Shown: in pieces, positions 43,946 through 58,800 of the stretch | Layout: every line of letters begins with the position of its first letter | Numbering within the stretch: position 1 is the first letter of the stretch | NCBI GenBank assembly: GCA_044892525.1 | Contig: CM097887.1 | Coordinates: forward strand, 50,778,001-50,842,000 | Direction: 5' to 3' | DNA length: 64,000 nucleotides | Source of the DNA: Schmidtea polychroa | Lineage: Eukaryota | Program-made: the position numbers and the translations under genes | Notes under the pieces: generated by a model | Told to the model about the DNA's origin: nothing | What the model saw: only the letters and a program-made list of their open reading frames with translations | The model's database searches: none

Positions 43946-45420
43946 TTTATTAAACTTTAATTTTAAACAATGTAATTGACATAAATTAAAACAACTATAG
44001 GCGTTACAAATTATTGGAAAAAAATTTTTTTAGAAAACTTTACAATAACTTTTAATTTTAATCAATAATACGAAAATTTTATTTCAATGTTATCAAAAAA
44101 TCTACTTTTCTCTGTTGTATGATGCATAATTTATTTAATTTATAAAAATATTTTAAAACTTAATTAATTTTTTTATTTGATTTTAAGACTTAATTTAAAT
44201 AGGCATGACATTTTTGTCTCAATATTATCTGAAAATTCTTTCTTTCCTATAGAATGATGCACAATATAGCCAAGTATTTCTTTTTGAACAGTTAATATCA
44301 TTCTTGAATTCAGTATTTGTTAGTGGTTTGTTGATATATGCACGATTTATCATAAACCATCATAAGAGCCGTCACATAATACAAAATGAGACTGGACTTC
44401 GAAAATTCTCTTGAAAGTCTCAGTTGTTTGGCGTAGAATGCAGCTTGCATGGTGTTTTTGATAACATATATTTTTCAGATTCAAAACGGAAATTTTAATT
44501 AAAATTGATTAGGCTTAAATTAATTTATTTAAAGTGCATATTATAGTTATGCATATATAGTTAGGACATGTGTTAAACTTAAAATGATATTTTTTTAAAA
44601 ATTTAATTTCTGTGGGATAGTGTCCGTTTATCTATATTTGTTTTCTTGCCTAAAAGGGTTGATCAAACTCATGATTCTTGTTACGGCTCTAACTCCAACA
44701 GCCGTAACGCGTAATCAAAATGTATTACGACTAAATGACACCCATCACAAGTGACACTGGTTATGTTTAACCTCGTTGTAATCCGAAAAATGTTAATTTT
44801 TCAGGTCTAAGGTGTCAATAGAAGACAAACTAGTAATTGTTCATCTAAAAAATCTTTACATTTTTGTCGAAAGAAATTTTCAAAAATCTCAAATAAGAGT
44901 ACATTTGTTATTATTAAAGTGTACAGGTTTAGTAAATTTATCATCAAACTGAAGATAACACAATGTGTCTCAATCTAATGAGAGACATAGTAGAAGAAAA
45001 CGATTTCAATCTACCACTTTATTTCATATATTATCTCAAGTTCCGATATTATTGCACTGTTCAATTCAAAACTATATGTCAAGCATATAAAGGCTTCAAG
45101 ATCTATGTCAGACATCTTTGACTTATCATCTAAGAGCTCCTTGTGAATTTTATTTTTGTATACTTGAAGATTTATTGAAGCATGCTATCATCGAAAAGCA
45201 AATTTTTATTAATTTAATTTTATAAACTTTTAATTTAAATACTTTTAGCTAATTTTATTTTAACTTTTATTATTTTTAACGATTTAATTTTATAGTTTAA
45301 ATAATTTGCAACTAATTTTATTTTGCATTTAATTATTTTTTCCACAGAAATTTTTAGTTTCAATTTTTAAATTTATTTATCTCTTTATTTTATTTCCTTT
45401 AATTTTTAAATAAATTTTCC

Positions 45421-45828
45421 TGTTCCTTTTCTTAAAGTATGTACTCATTCTCATAGCTCCCTCATATGTAAACACGAGCCATAACATCCTTATTATATTC
45501 GATTATGATCCTTCGTATGTAAATACGACCAATAATCCTTATTAAAATTTCTTTTAATATTCTTAAATTATTTTATTATCAATTATTATTTTACTTTCTA
45601 GTTGGCAGATTTTCAGAATGCGTTATTTTCTTAACTGTGATGGTGATTGCAACTTAATGCGTTCCTTTATTTTATTATACGTGTTTTACTTATTCTCAAT
45701 GTGTTAGGTACTTTGTTTTGTATTATTTGGTGTATGATCATAAATTTTAATTCAACTTGATGCGGTTTTTAGGCTTTGTATTTTTGATTCATTAAAACAA
45801 ACACCCAATCTTTGGTTCCAGCCCAACA
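45421..45828 (-). repeat. Possible solo LTR of a related family
   Basis: Minus strand starts TGTTGGGC (same 8 nt as the main LTR) and ends ...AACA; A-rich; no TSD found. Confidence 0.35.
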
Positions 45829-46249
45829 ATAATAAAAAAAATATTTGATCTTTTATCAAAAAAATAAATTTAATATCATCAAAACCAGATCAAGTTTAAC
45901 AAAAAATATTAAAAACTTACTGATACTATTAATCATGTTACATAGAATTTCCGTTTGTTTTCAAAAGGGTAACTTATATGATGAACAGCAAGTAGAGAAT
46001 TGCGTTGAACGGCAATCGAATTTTTTTGAAATTGTAAGGCGAAGTAATTGCTAAATTGACTAAGACAAAACCAAAGAAAACGAGAGCGAATCAATAAAGA
46101 GACTAAAAATGTTGTATTAATACTGTTGGGTTTTATGATATCAAAATCAACCGTTGATACTCTGACTCCATGTGTTCCAATATCAATAAACACAAATTCC
46201 CAACGTATATTTGTTTTATAAAAATATACAACTCTCACAATTAAGTACA

Positions 46250-47560
46250 CAGTTGGTCAACCACAATTCTCACACAATTTTAGATCGGACTCCGCTCTGG
46301 AAGGTACGATTAAAAAATTAAGTTTCACCTTTTGATTTAGTTCCGCTCTCTGATCCAGACTCTTTTGACACTCCTTGTCTAACTCTTCAGTATTTCCTAT
46401 AATTCTTTTTCTTCTTTTATTCTATTTCTTTAACTCCTAATGTCGTTTTCTTCTTCCATTCCTAAGGCTATCGCCGATTATGTGAATTTAGAGTTTCCTT
46501 ATATACTCCCATAATCGTTGTAATTGCCCTATTTTTGACCTAATTGGTTTTGACTTCCTTAGTTATCATTCCTTAATTAGCTATTTCTGATTCCCCTTCT
46601 TTTGTTTACCCTCGTTTATCCGGCTGTTTGGATAATTGCTCTCTGAATTCCCCATTTGTTTATCCTCCCAAATTGCCGCGCTCGGGGTTTCTTCATCGCT
46701 CGGGTTTTCCATTGGCTCGGGCTTCCCATTAGCTCGGGTTTCGCATTAGCCAATTAATTAATTAATTAATTAATATTTTGTGTTTTTTATTTGCCTGTTT
46801 TAAGACCCTTTCTAAACATTTTCTAACAATTTTTTGCTCACTGTCTTCTTCACCATCCCCTAATCTACCCCTCTCCCATTTTCCAGCTTCAATTTCGATA
46901 ACTTTTCACTTTATTTCACTGCCTCAGGTTTGCGCATTTTCCCATTTCATGTCTGATTGTACCCTTTTATAGTTCTGTTTTTATCATATCTTTCTTTACC
47001 ATTGCTTCTCTGCTTGACCGCCATTCAATTTCGGTTTTCCTTTTAATCTGAACTATATAATTTAATAATTTACTTTTAAAACCTCAACAATACAATCAAC
47101 ATAATAAGCGACAAGTTTTACACAATAGGTTCGCCCATTTTTAAAGCGTATTCGTCGATATCAGCCTTGAACAATGGCAGTTTAGCTGGTGGTTTTTGCA
47201 CATGAGTATGTTGTACAAATTCGTTTTTCCTCATCCATTTCTTGTTCTTATGTCGACTTCGGTTCCTCTTCTTCCGCAAGCAGCAGCTAGTGGTCCACTG
47301 TCATTCATCGACCTTATTATGGTGGTCTTGTTCTGCCTCATTCCAGGCTCAGAATCCCAATCAAAAACATCTGCGTCGAAATTGCGTAACGACGAGCAGC
47401 GCATCAAGAAACCGGGTGCAACAGGCCTGTTTCGAGCATCAGCGCAAGTATCAGAGCCTGAGTTCGACCTAGGCGATATTTCTTTGCAGTAGACATGGAC
47501 GATGAGATCCCATTAAACTTGGACGAAATGCTGTCCTATGCAGAGGCTAATTCTACCTAG
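46250..47560 (-). mobile_element. Degraded fragment related to 30680-33503
   Basis: Shared GCTCGGGTTTTCCATT-type repeats followed by AATTAATT (46697-46800); + strand remnant ORF ends IPLNLDEMLSYAEANST* (47507-47560). Confidence 0.5.
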
Positions 47561-49806
47561 CTGTCCATATATCAGTTCTCTTGTTCATAAATTTCTCCTA
47601 AACTGTGTGTTATCTCTTGTATATTATTCTGAATTATTAAATTGAATTTCGAATGTTATTTTTCTTTATTTGCACCTTTATATTTATACCTATATTAATG
47701 AAGTTTGTTTATTAATAATAATAATGTCCAAGTATTGTTGTGAGTGATCTGATATTTAATCTGGCCATGATATGCATCGAATTATAAAAGCTCTTAGAAA
47801 GTAGTTTCCGAACGACATAAATCCTTCTATCGGCAGTTCGACTGTCTTAAGCTTAGGTAAATCGAACCATCTGATTAATCAGGCTGACCTTTATTTATTT
47901 ATGCCGCCACTGTATACAATACCAACATGGTCTATTACCATGGGTATACAGGAGATTAGTTCTCAATAGTCATGTGATCGTCTGCAAACGAATCACCTTT
48001 TCCCTTCTATATATTTCTTTGATCTGCTTCTCTGTATGACCCAAAAATTATTTTGTTATCTGATGTTCTTATTATTTCTATCCTGATTAGATGTTGAGGT
48101 CCCAATATTTGAAACACTCAACCTTGCTGGTTTTTATATAAATGTAATTAAAAAAACAAGTCTCGAATATAAATATTTATTAACAATAAAATTTACCTAA
48201 GATAAATAATGTAAATTCCCAAATACATTATCAAACAATTATTTCCTTTATTCACTTTTCTTTCAGTGAGTGCTTTGTAAAAATTGCTGCTTTATTTAAA
48301 AGATATGTGAGACTCTTTTTGTACTGTCTCTGGTTTTAGTTATTTCTCAGAATTACCCTTCGAAATTGCTATACGCTAATTTTTGGCGATTCAACTAAAT
48401 TTTGCTGGGGTATTTATATTAATTTTTACTATTGAAATTTTAATAATTTTTTTTATTTATTTCCGGCCTACACACACGGAATAATATTATATATATATTT
48501 TAAACATATTTTACAGATGTTTTAATATTCTTATGCGTGCATTTATATTAATATTTTTAATAATATTTTTCTATTTATTTTTGATTTAATATTCTTATGA
48601 CATATATTATAATAGATTGCATGTTATATTCTAATTAATATCTTAGAAATCTTAAAAATTAATATCATATTGTGTTATAATGAAATTTGAAGATTATTCA
48701 TCATGAAACTTTTAATGGTTTTTTAATAGTATTTTTTTTCTAATTTAACTTAATTATTTTATAATATTAATTATTTTTCTATAACCATTAATTTTACCCT
48801 TTTTTAATAATATTAATTATGTATGAGAAAAATATATCCCAAATTGTATATTAAATAAACTAACAATAACTCGACAATATGTACAACAAAAATAAAATAT
48901 TTACTATATACATCAATAGTGATATAAAGAATAAAATAATTAAAATAAGAATAGTCAATTGATGATAACACACTGGATGATATATGATAGTTAATGTTGA
49001 TTGGTATCATAAAGGATAATATATACATGATTGTTTTATAAAGTTGGTATCACAAGGGATAAATTATTTCTGACTGGGTATTGTTTGAATTGTTGCTGGA
49101 CGAATATTGCCTGTATTGTTTCTCCATGATTCACTTTATTGCCCTTCTTCGGCACATATATTGACTCTATATTTTCTGGGCCCCTTTTTATAGTATTTAT
49201 TGAGGGTGAATGTGGTGATGGACCTACCCTCATAGATACCCAACATAGATAATTGGACTATTTGTGTTTAATTTAATTTATTTTTAATTTTCGAATTATT
49301 TTAATATTCTACTTCCTGACTTGCTTTGCTGTCGCCAATAATTTTAGCCGGGCGTTTTTAATCGCCATCTTTCTTTTTTTGACTACTTTCCTTTTTTCTT
49401 ATATTGGCCCATATACGAGAGAGGCGATAGAAAGCGCCAGAAAACATATGTTATTTCCTCATGCAAAAGAAAAAGTTCTTTCAATTATGGTAAACAAGAC
49501 CATCGAGAATAGTTATTTAGCCCAATACAATATTTAATAAATATTACTCTTTTTCTAAAATAAATAAATAATAGTATTTTTATTTTCAATTATTTTCAAT
49601 TTAAATAGACATAAATAATATGTCTAAAAGTCATATTTGTTTAAATCTATTAAAAAATGTTGCTTAATAGTTTAGCTTAGTAATTATTCAAACCTTGTTA
49701 CTTAATAGTGTTTATTATATTTCATTAGTATTTACATGTACTATAATTGAAAATTTGAAATAAGTAATTTTAAAATAAAAATAGATATTATTATTGTTTG
49801 ATTTAA

Positions 49807-52800
49807 ATGACTGACCTCGAGGGACCAACATTTGATGATTATGAAGATGATTTTGTTGGAACACAATTAACTTGTCAAATGACAGAAGAAAATGGTAAAT
49901 GAATTCAAATAAAATTAATTTAAATTACAAATTTCACATACAATTATGATTTTGAATATTACATAACAAATATTTCAGAATCAGAATTCTCAGTTGGTCC
50001 AGATGCAAGTACCTTAGAATTGTTCGATGCAAATTTCGAAAAAGAATTGGGATCGTCTAATAAGGTATAAATCAATCATTTTAATTACTCTTATTAAATA
50101 ACATTGACTCATTTATGCTAATTTGTTCTAAATATTATTAAATTATTATTTCATATAAAGTAACATTCTTAAATAGTTTTAATCTACTAAGAAGTAAATC
50201 GTAAAATATTAAAAATAGAATTCTAACGGACTTTGATAGACCAACAGTCAAGTAGCACTTTTTTATAATTAAATTGTCACCATGACGGTTTAATTAATTA
50301 TTAAACGTAAACTTGAAATATTTTAAATATTGAGAAAATGATAGAAAACATTCATTGAAAACATTTTCGTTATGAATTTGAAACACATGAGATTTGCCAA
50401 AAACACAATTCAATAAATAATATTTAAAGGGGAAAAAACTGTATGTTTGACAAAAGGAAAAGTAGGCAGTATTATAGATGAAATTTTTACAAATACTTTA
50501 TATACAATAATTTTTCCAAATGTCACTTCTAACGAAAGACATTTTAAGTGTTATATAAATGGGTTGTGTTTTTGTAAATAATAGTTTTACCTTTATTCAA
50601 ATAATTTATAAATATCCTAAAATTCATTTTTTAAACAAATATTTATCTTTAACACTACTTGAATCGCTTTAATGCCCACGCGCATCACTATTTCCTAGAT
50701 ACTCATACCTTCTGGACTGCTTATTTAGTGTTGTTCTTTCTGTGGGTATCTGAGAAGCTTTTGGATTTTTCATTGAGGTGTTGGTTTTAAAAGATTTTAT
50801 GATTTCATTTATATTTTTCGTGAAATATCAACTACAAAGTCATAATATATGTAGGTCTCTGCAATAGATCTAATATTTGTGTTGAGCAGTAAAAGTGTTA
50901 TTTACAAATTTTATTATTAGTATAAAGTAAAAAATTATCTCTTAATAACTTGAAAACATAACAATTGCTACCAATCGCCCATATCATATATTTTATTTGA
51001 CCGTAGTAAGAGACAGTTGAACATGTTCTAGGTGTATTGAAAAAATTTTTAAAAAATTTAGAAATTTCTTTTACAGAATATAAAACCTTTAAGCTTAAAT
51101 TTTCTGTTTGTTTTATCTTCATTCTTTTTTCAAACTATAGTTAAATTTTTTATTTAAGATAAATTATATAAAATAATTCAAGATTCTGTCAAAGAATTGT
51201 ATGATCTGTAGTATAAAGATTTCTTATAATCATTTACTTGGAAATCCTTATTTAAAAAAGTCCTTACCATTTTATAATTCTTCTATTTTTAATTTTAAAA
51301 GTTGTATATGAGTTTCTATACATAGCTAACGAAAAAAAAATCCCACTATACTTATTTTTTATTTCATTTTTTTACATAAAAACCGCATCTCGAATATAAA
51401 GGGTTAAAGCATCAATGTTGGTGGAATTTTTGTTTATAACATTGTTGTTGATTTTTTATCATTTTTTATTTTAATTAATTTTGAGTATTATTATTTTTAA
51501 ACATTGTATAATAAAAAATTATTAATTAAATAATTAATTAAAATAAAAAAGCAAGAAGTTAAATTTAAAATAAGTTTTATTATTTTTTTAATATTAATAT
51601 TCATTTTTGCATGTTGAAAATCGATATTTGCAATTTTATATGACCAAGTTTTATTTTATTTTTATTAGATATTTTATGGATTTATTAAATCACTAAGTTT
51701 AATTAGGACTTTTCAATAAAATATTGCAGTTAAAATAAGGTCCAAGATTTCCAATTTAGTTCTGATATAGAACCATAATATCTAAAATTCACACTGTATG
51801 CGTTATATATTACGAAATACGAAGCAGTCGATGTCAACTTTGCTATGTGAATTTTTGCATGTGAAATGACTCAGTTTTTTTAATCCGATTTATGAAGTTT
51901 TATAAATACTCAATTTTACATTTTTTATTTCATCGATGAATAATAAGAGATTAAGAAGTATATTAGTTTATTAAAATTTAGTTTATTTACAATACCGTTC
52001 TCATGATATTTTTAACTCTTATTTTTTATTGGTAATATGGCATACATCTTTATTTAAATGGAATAATAATTACCACAATCCAAATACAACATATTTTCAT
52101 AAAATAAATACCAAGTAAAATATTTTTTACTTTTTGATGAGAAAATTGAAAATAAATATGTTGGTCACTGGTAATTGACAATTATTTGTAAATAACCCTT
52201 TTGGTGCCAAAGAGCGCGACCGCGTTCCTGCTACCACACGAATTAATACGATCTCTATTTCATACTCGTCGATTCTTGTTTATTGTATTTTTTTCCGAAT
52301 GTGTATTTATGTATCTACTTTAAGTAAGTGGGGTGCCCTCCTGGTTAGTGCGCAAATTTTCTATTTTCATCTAGCAGCGTGGTACTTTTTAGCTATTTTT
52401 TTTAAACTAAAATCATGTTGGCACTCAAACAAATTTAATACTTTTCGTCATTTTCATTTGAGTTCTTTTATTTTTCACTATTTCATTTATATAAATTATA
52501 ATTGTAGTATTTCAGTAAAATAACCAAATATATATTTTAAAACAGTTTTTGGTAGCAATTACATAATTATTTGTTAAAGTGCAATTATGAATTATGTATT
52601 CAATTTTTCTTGGTTTCTAATATGGATAGAATTAATAATAGCCTTTATTAATAAGAATAATTTGTTAATCATATGTTAAAGGAAATCAAGATTAATCACC
52701 CTATTTCCCAGAATATAAAAATGTTTTATTTATTTTTATTTCATTCAAATTGATTATTTTATTAATAATGGTTTTTTAATAACCATCCATAGTAATTAAT

Positions 52801-55800
52801 GTATTGTAAATTATGAAAATTTCCGTTTCATGAACAATAGTGAAGGATTCTGGAATAAGCATACTGAATATGGAGTCTCAAAGTTGTCATAGGTGGATTG
52901 CATATTAACTACACTTAAATCACTAAAAGTCCCATTCAACTAATGGTAAATTATGAGGTTAATTCGCGTCTGTGCGCGCGTTGTATTATGAGATGTGGTT
53001 TGTGTTTGTATGCGCACACAGACGCGATCAGTGTCATTTTTTGTAATGGTTGATTGTTAGTTTGTCTCGTGTCTGTGTGCGTTTTGTACTGGATTTTGGA
53101 GTCTTTTGTGTGCGCACACAGACGCGGACAATTGTGAATATTATCATGGTCAGAGTTTTTTGGATCGAGTGGGATTTAGTCAGATTTTTTTGTGTTCTTT
53201 GTTCTATCGATTTTTTGGAAATATGATTCGAATTCTGGAAGTTTTTTAGAATTGATTTATAATTTTGGTAATTCGGTTTTGAATTTTTGGCCTTAGTGAA
53301 ATATGGAAGATAATGAATGTTTGATATGTTGTATTTCAATGAGCAATATGGCGAAGAGATGCCTTTTCAGCAGTGAAACTTGTCCATGTGATCGTGGCTC
53401 AGCAAGATCGTTGCAAATTATTAATGGACGCTTTTCAAAACGATTGGAAATCAACGATTTAATTTCTGTAAACCATGAAATGACAGAAGAGGAATTCCAA
53501 GATATGTTTATGAAATTTCCCCAAAGGTTTAAAAATATTCGTAAATTATCTGAAACCATTTATGACATGAGCAATAAAAAGATAAACTTGCTAACTTATG
53601 AATATGATATTCTATTCAATCGAGTTCTTAAAAAGATCAACACAACTCCAATGTTTATTAGCCGAAGTGTTGAACAATTATCCAATGTTTCAAATTCAAT
53701 CATGGCTCAATCTCAAGTTATTGGACACGATAAATGGTTTAACAAACAATGGTTTTGTACAAATAAAGCCGTGATCGGATTATTGCCCACACGAAAAATG
53801 CCCACACGAAAATTGCCCACAGATAGTTTTGCGCACACGATTAATGCCCACACAGAATAATGCCCACAAGGAAAAATGCCCACATAGAAAAATGCCCACA
53901 ATTACTCAGTAACATTTGATTATTTTAGATATTCCTAGAATTATTATCTTATTATTCTGTAATTTTAAAAACCCATAATTGGGTAGATTTTTTATCCAGT
54001 AATATTTATTTAATAATAATCGGTAATTAATAAACAATAAAATGTTTACCTCTTTACTAAAACAAAATTCATTGTTATTTACAAACACAATAACAATGAA
54101 TTTTGAACCCAAGGATTCCGCGGAACACAGGTGGAAGAACACTGATGTATTGTATCGTATAGTAGCAAAGTGATCTTAATTATTTTAAATATAAAAATGA
54201 TTTTAAATTGTAAAATTTGTAAATTTATTGTTGATACATTTTATTATTTTATTTTAAATCACTAATAGATTATCTCCTAGATAGAATATAATTTTTGATT
54301 TTTTCTCTATTTATTTTAATTTAATTTTTATATTTAAAATAATTTTTCTATGTGGGCATTTTTCCTTGTGGGCATTAATCGTGTGCGCAAAACTATGTGG
54401 GTAATTTTCGTGTGGGCACTAATCATCGAATCAAATAAAGCGTGTGATATTAATTACAAAGAAATTCTTCTGATGTGTCTTAGACGTAAACAACTAATCT
54501 GATTTTTTCAAAAAAATAAAATAATTTTTTTTAACGAACAAAGCCGTAATTTATATAATTGTATGATGTGTATCATCGACAAATGAAAATAATGATTTTA
54601 TTGTTCTAAATTATTTCTTCAACAAAAAATCATAAATATATAGCGCAAGTTACCCCAAAATCGGGCTTGTATTGAATAAACTACTAATATGGATTTAATA
54701 TAACTTCTAATTTAAAATTTGAAATTAATTAATTAATTATTAATCAATTTGAGATTCAAATATTAACTTCAATCGATTAAAGAAGATAATTTTTACAAAA
54801 AATACTAATTATAATTTAACTGCTGATGGTCGATTGAGTTTACCAGACTGCTGATATTCAATGTAACAATATTTTCTTAATATTTTCATCGCGATTATTT
54901 ATTGATAGAATAGAATTAAGGTATCCACAGCCAGCTAATGGGAATAATGATTACCGTTCATGGTATTAGGAACCAGAATACTGGTTAGTTTCCAACAATT
55001 CTACGGCAATAAAATACTTCATTATTTTTATTAAGACTTCCACATCTTCCTGACTATATCAATTTATATTCAATACTTAATATTCAATACTAAATATTCA
55101 ATACTTAATATTCAATACTTAATATTCAATACTTAATATTCAATACTTAATATTCAATACTTAATATTCAATACTTAATATTCAATACTTAATATTCAAT
55201 ACTTAACCTCTTAAGTGGCTATGAATGATATATACGTCATCAACATATACATTACAAAAAGCATAAGACGAATAAAAATATATCATAAATATTACTTTTT
55301 TAAGATATTATTTTATTTTTTGTAACACGCTAGCAGATAACAAAACTCGCCGTTTGACGAAATAAACCACTTATTCAATACATACGTGTAATCGTATTAA
55401 ACTTTCTTCAGTATCATTAGTGATAATGAAATTATAATCTAATTATACACTTATTTCTATGCAATTTAGATGGTCAGGGTTATCACGAGTGGCAATAGAT
55501 TAAAATAAAATTTATTTTCTTTATTAAAAATGCTGCCTTATTTTATGATTCAATTTCTCAATGAAGTGTATTTTTAATACTAAAATTTCATTTCAATGGT
55601 TCCCAATAGTCTACCAATGCCTAAATTAAGGGAATTTTCCACACATCAGTTTCTTATCTAGATTAGACCTAATTAATATTCGTGGCATTTTTATAACAAT
55701 TAGTGCTCTACAATTGTATATCGATTAATAGGAATAATACAAATATTTAAAATTTGTTTTGATAGATATTTATTTTTAACATTCCACTAATTATTGATCT

Positions 55801-58800
55801 TAATCACCAGATTTCCTACTCGTTTTGTTACATGAATATATGCCTGCAATATGTTGATTTGGTTTCTAACTGTCTGAAATTAATATAGACTTGTGTCATT
55901 TATTTTTTAGTTTCAATATACATTTCTACAGATTTACTCATTTTTATTCAATGTGTAATTTTATAAAAAATTGTTTCATTTCCTTATTGATATCTCAAAT
56001 TACTGACGAAATTATACTATATCAAGGATTATATGTTGAGTCTTTTGGTAATAACAAGGTTTAAATTTGTCTCAATGTATTCATTTTTCAATAATCCAAA
56101 CCCAACAATATTGAAATCTTATTGACAACACAATTCCAAACAACATTATGATCAAATCAATTGCACGAAATATGAGGTTCTTGATCAAAACGGATTTTTC
56201 AATCGTAGAATAGATAAATTTTAATCAGTTTGGTAAATTATGCTTAAATAATATTTAGATAGCAGATATTCATTGAAAACACTGTAAATTATACTAGAAC
56301 CAACCAATTCCATAGGGCCTACAAATCCATAAAAGGTTCTATCTCAGTAATTTCAGCGCATCTTATTCTCATGTAGCAATTCGTTTTTACCTTCCATTAA
56401 TTCTACAATAAGTATATTTTATTTTTGAAAGAAACAGAAATATTTAGCTATAAGGTGTAAATTAATTGTCACAAATAATTGATTTCGAAACTAGAAAGAC
56501 TGCCACTATTTTACTGTACAATAATTCTTAAATAATTCATTTACAACGGGAAACAAATAATTAATTCAATTAATCATTTAACATAATTTAACATCATGGT
56601 TTATTTTTGAAATTGTAATTGTGGATAAATTCATTTCTTTGACAGATCACAATTATACATAATGAAAGATATTTCACTATTGCATTTAGAATGTTGACCC
56701 TAAATCACTTTACCAATACTAAGCGAGGTCACTGCGAATTCACGTCATTTAATAGGCGAATTTCAACATATCTATGATCAAGATTGCTTTAAATCAAACA
56801 CAATATTAAATTAAATTATAATCTAGATCAGAGCTTTCCAACCGGTGTGTCGCGACACTTTAGTGTGTCGGCAGCGCTGCATAGGTGTGTCACGTGAACA
56901 TAATGAAAAGCCACAGAGTCCCTTAATTTTATAAACTTTTTAACGATTGTTAGACTGAAATACAATACACATATATTCCGTCCTGTTTTAGCTGCAAGAA
57001 CGCTTGTTTACCCTATTTATTAGTTAATCGTTGGAATTTGTTATTTAAACATAGAAAAAGAACCAACCAAAAGACATTTTTTTTCGCATATAAACTTCAT
57101 TAAATTACATTTATTCTCCGTGTTTTTAGCGTTCAACCGGAAAGAATAAAAATATACTAAATGCATAATGTCGAAATAAATATGGTGTAAGTTGTATGAC
57201 GTCTGGTTTTCTGGTAAAACTGATTTGCTGTGTCGCGAAATGATGGAAGTCTAAAAAGTGTGTCACAAGCATGAAAAGGTTGGAAAGCACTGATCTAGAT
57301 TGTTTTATGTGTATTTTAATGTAATAAATTTTATATTTGCTTCTCTATTTCTGAATCCAAATATAATTACGCCTGAAGATATTTTGCTGATTTATTGATA
57401 CTTTTCTTTAGATTTCGAATAATTTAGAATGTAACTTTTTATAAAAAGCTAAATGAAATAAAATATTAAATTCTTCAATTTATTATGAATAGTATTTTAT
57501 ATGATTGTTGAGATTTTCATAAAGCTTTGGAATATACGATATTTCTAGTTTTGGTTATGCTGCAAGCTGTTATTTATGAATTGAATGCTGTTGACAAACC
57601 ATTGTCCGTATTATGTTGCACTATCTAGCATTATTCAAGCACATTTTCTAATAATAACACTTGTTCTGGTGCACCAACAAATAATGAATTATTTCAAGTG
57701 CCTTTATCAAAACTGCATGNNNNNNNNNNNNNNNNNNNNNNNNNNNNNNNNNNNNNNNNNNNNNNNNNNNNNNNNNNNNNNNNNNNNNNNNNNNNNNNNN
57801 NNNNNNNNNNNNNNNNNNNNNNNNNNNNNNNNNNNNNNNNNNNNNNNNNNNNNNNNNNNNNNNNNNNNNNNNNNNNNNNNNNTTGTACCGATGTATGAAT
57901 AAGTTTCTGCATTTTGTTTGAATAACTTATTACAATTATTATTTGCGGAAACTGGTATTAACAATAATATATTGTGATTATTTGAAATTTATTTATTCTA
58001 CACATAGTTTACCATTATACTATTGAATGCAGTTTAACTAGCAATTTCAAACTATGGCACTAATTTGATGATATATGGTGTAGATTGATTACGTAATGTA
58101 ATTAATGGAACTTGCCCAATGAATAATTTGATATATTTCTCAGATATTCACATCTCAAGATATGATCGACCATGAATTCAATGACATTGCAAAGCTTAAT
58201 GTGGTCCAAGTGGCTGGAGATGATAAATTTGGCAAGAAAGTTATAATAATCTATGCCTGTAGAATACCTCCCATTAATACTATTAATCTCGATAGATTTT
58301 GGGCGTAAGTTTTCTTTATAATTTGTACAAAACACTAGTTATAAGATTAGAAAAAAAAATAAAACGCCAACTAAAATAAAAATTAAATAAAACGTATAAT
58401 TCCAGAGTCACTTTTAATATTAATTTTTGCAATACTTTCTGATTTGGTATTTTATTGCATTTATATCACTAGTGTTTATTTATTTGTTACCATAATTATA
58501 ATAATTATTTATTCCTACAATTTACTCATTCCTGAAATTTAATAGCATTCTGCATACATTTGATCTATATAGATAAAATGATCACCTTTGACTGGTTTAT
58601 CGCAAATAAATTAATAATGGGTTCTCAGGTACCTATTTACTATTACCATTATCGATTCTCCTCCCCATCCTCTCTCGATAATCTAGTAATCAAAGCAAAC
58701 CAACTCCCATTATCAAGGATTTATAATGAGATAATCGCATGACATTTACTGCATTTTTCATCAACTAGCCTAGAATTGCGGGCGGATGACCTATGAAAGC

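Noticed and set aside
44679-44710. Hairpin GTTACGGCT...AGCCGTAAC as an ncRNA or Helitron end
   Set aside because: A single 9-bp stem with no supporting terminal motif or RNA family signature.
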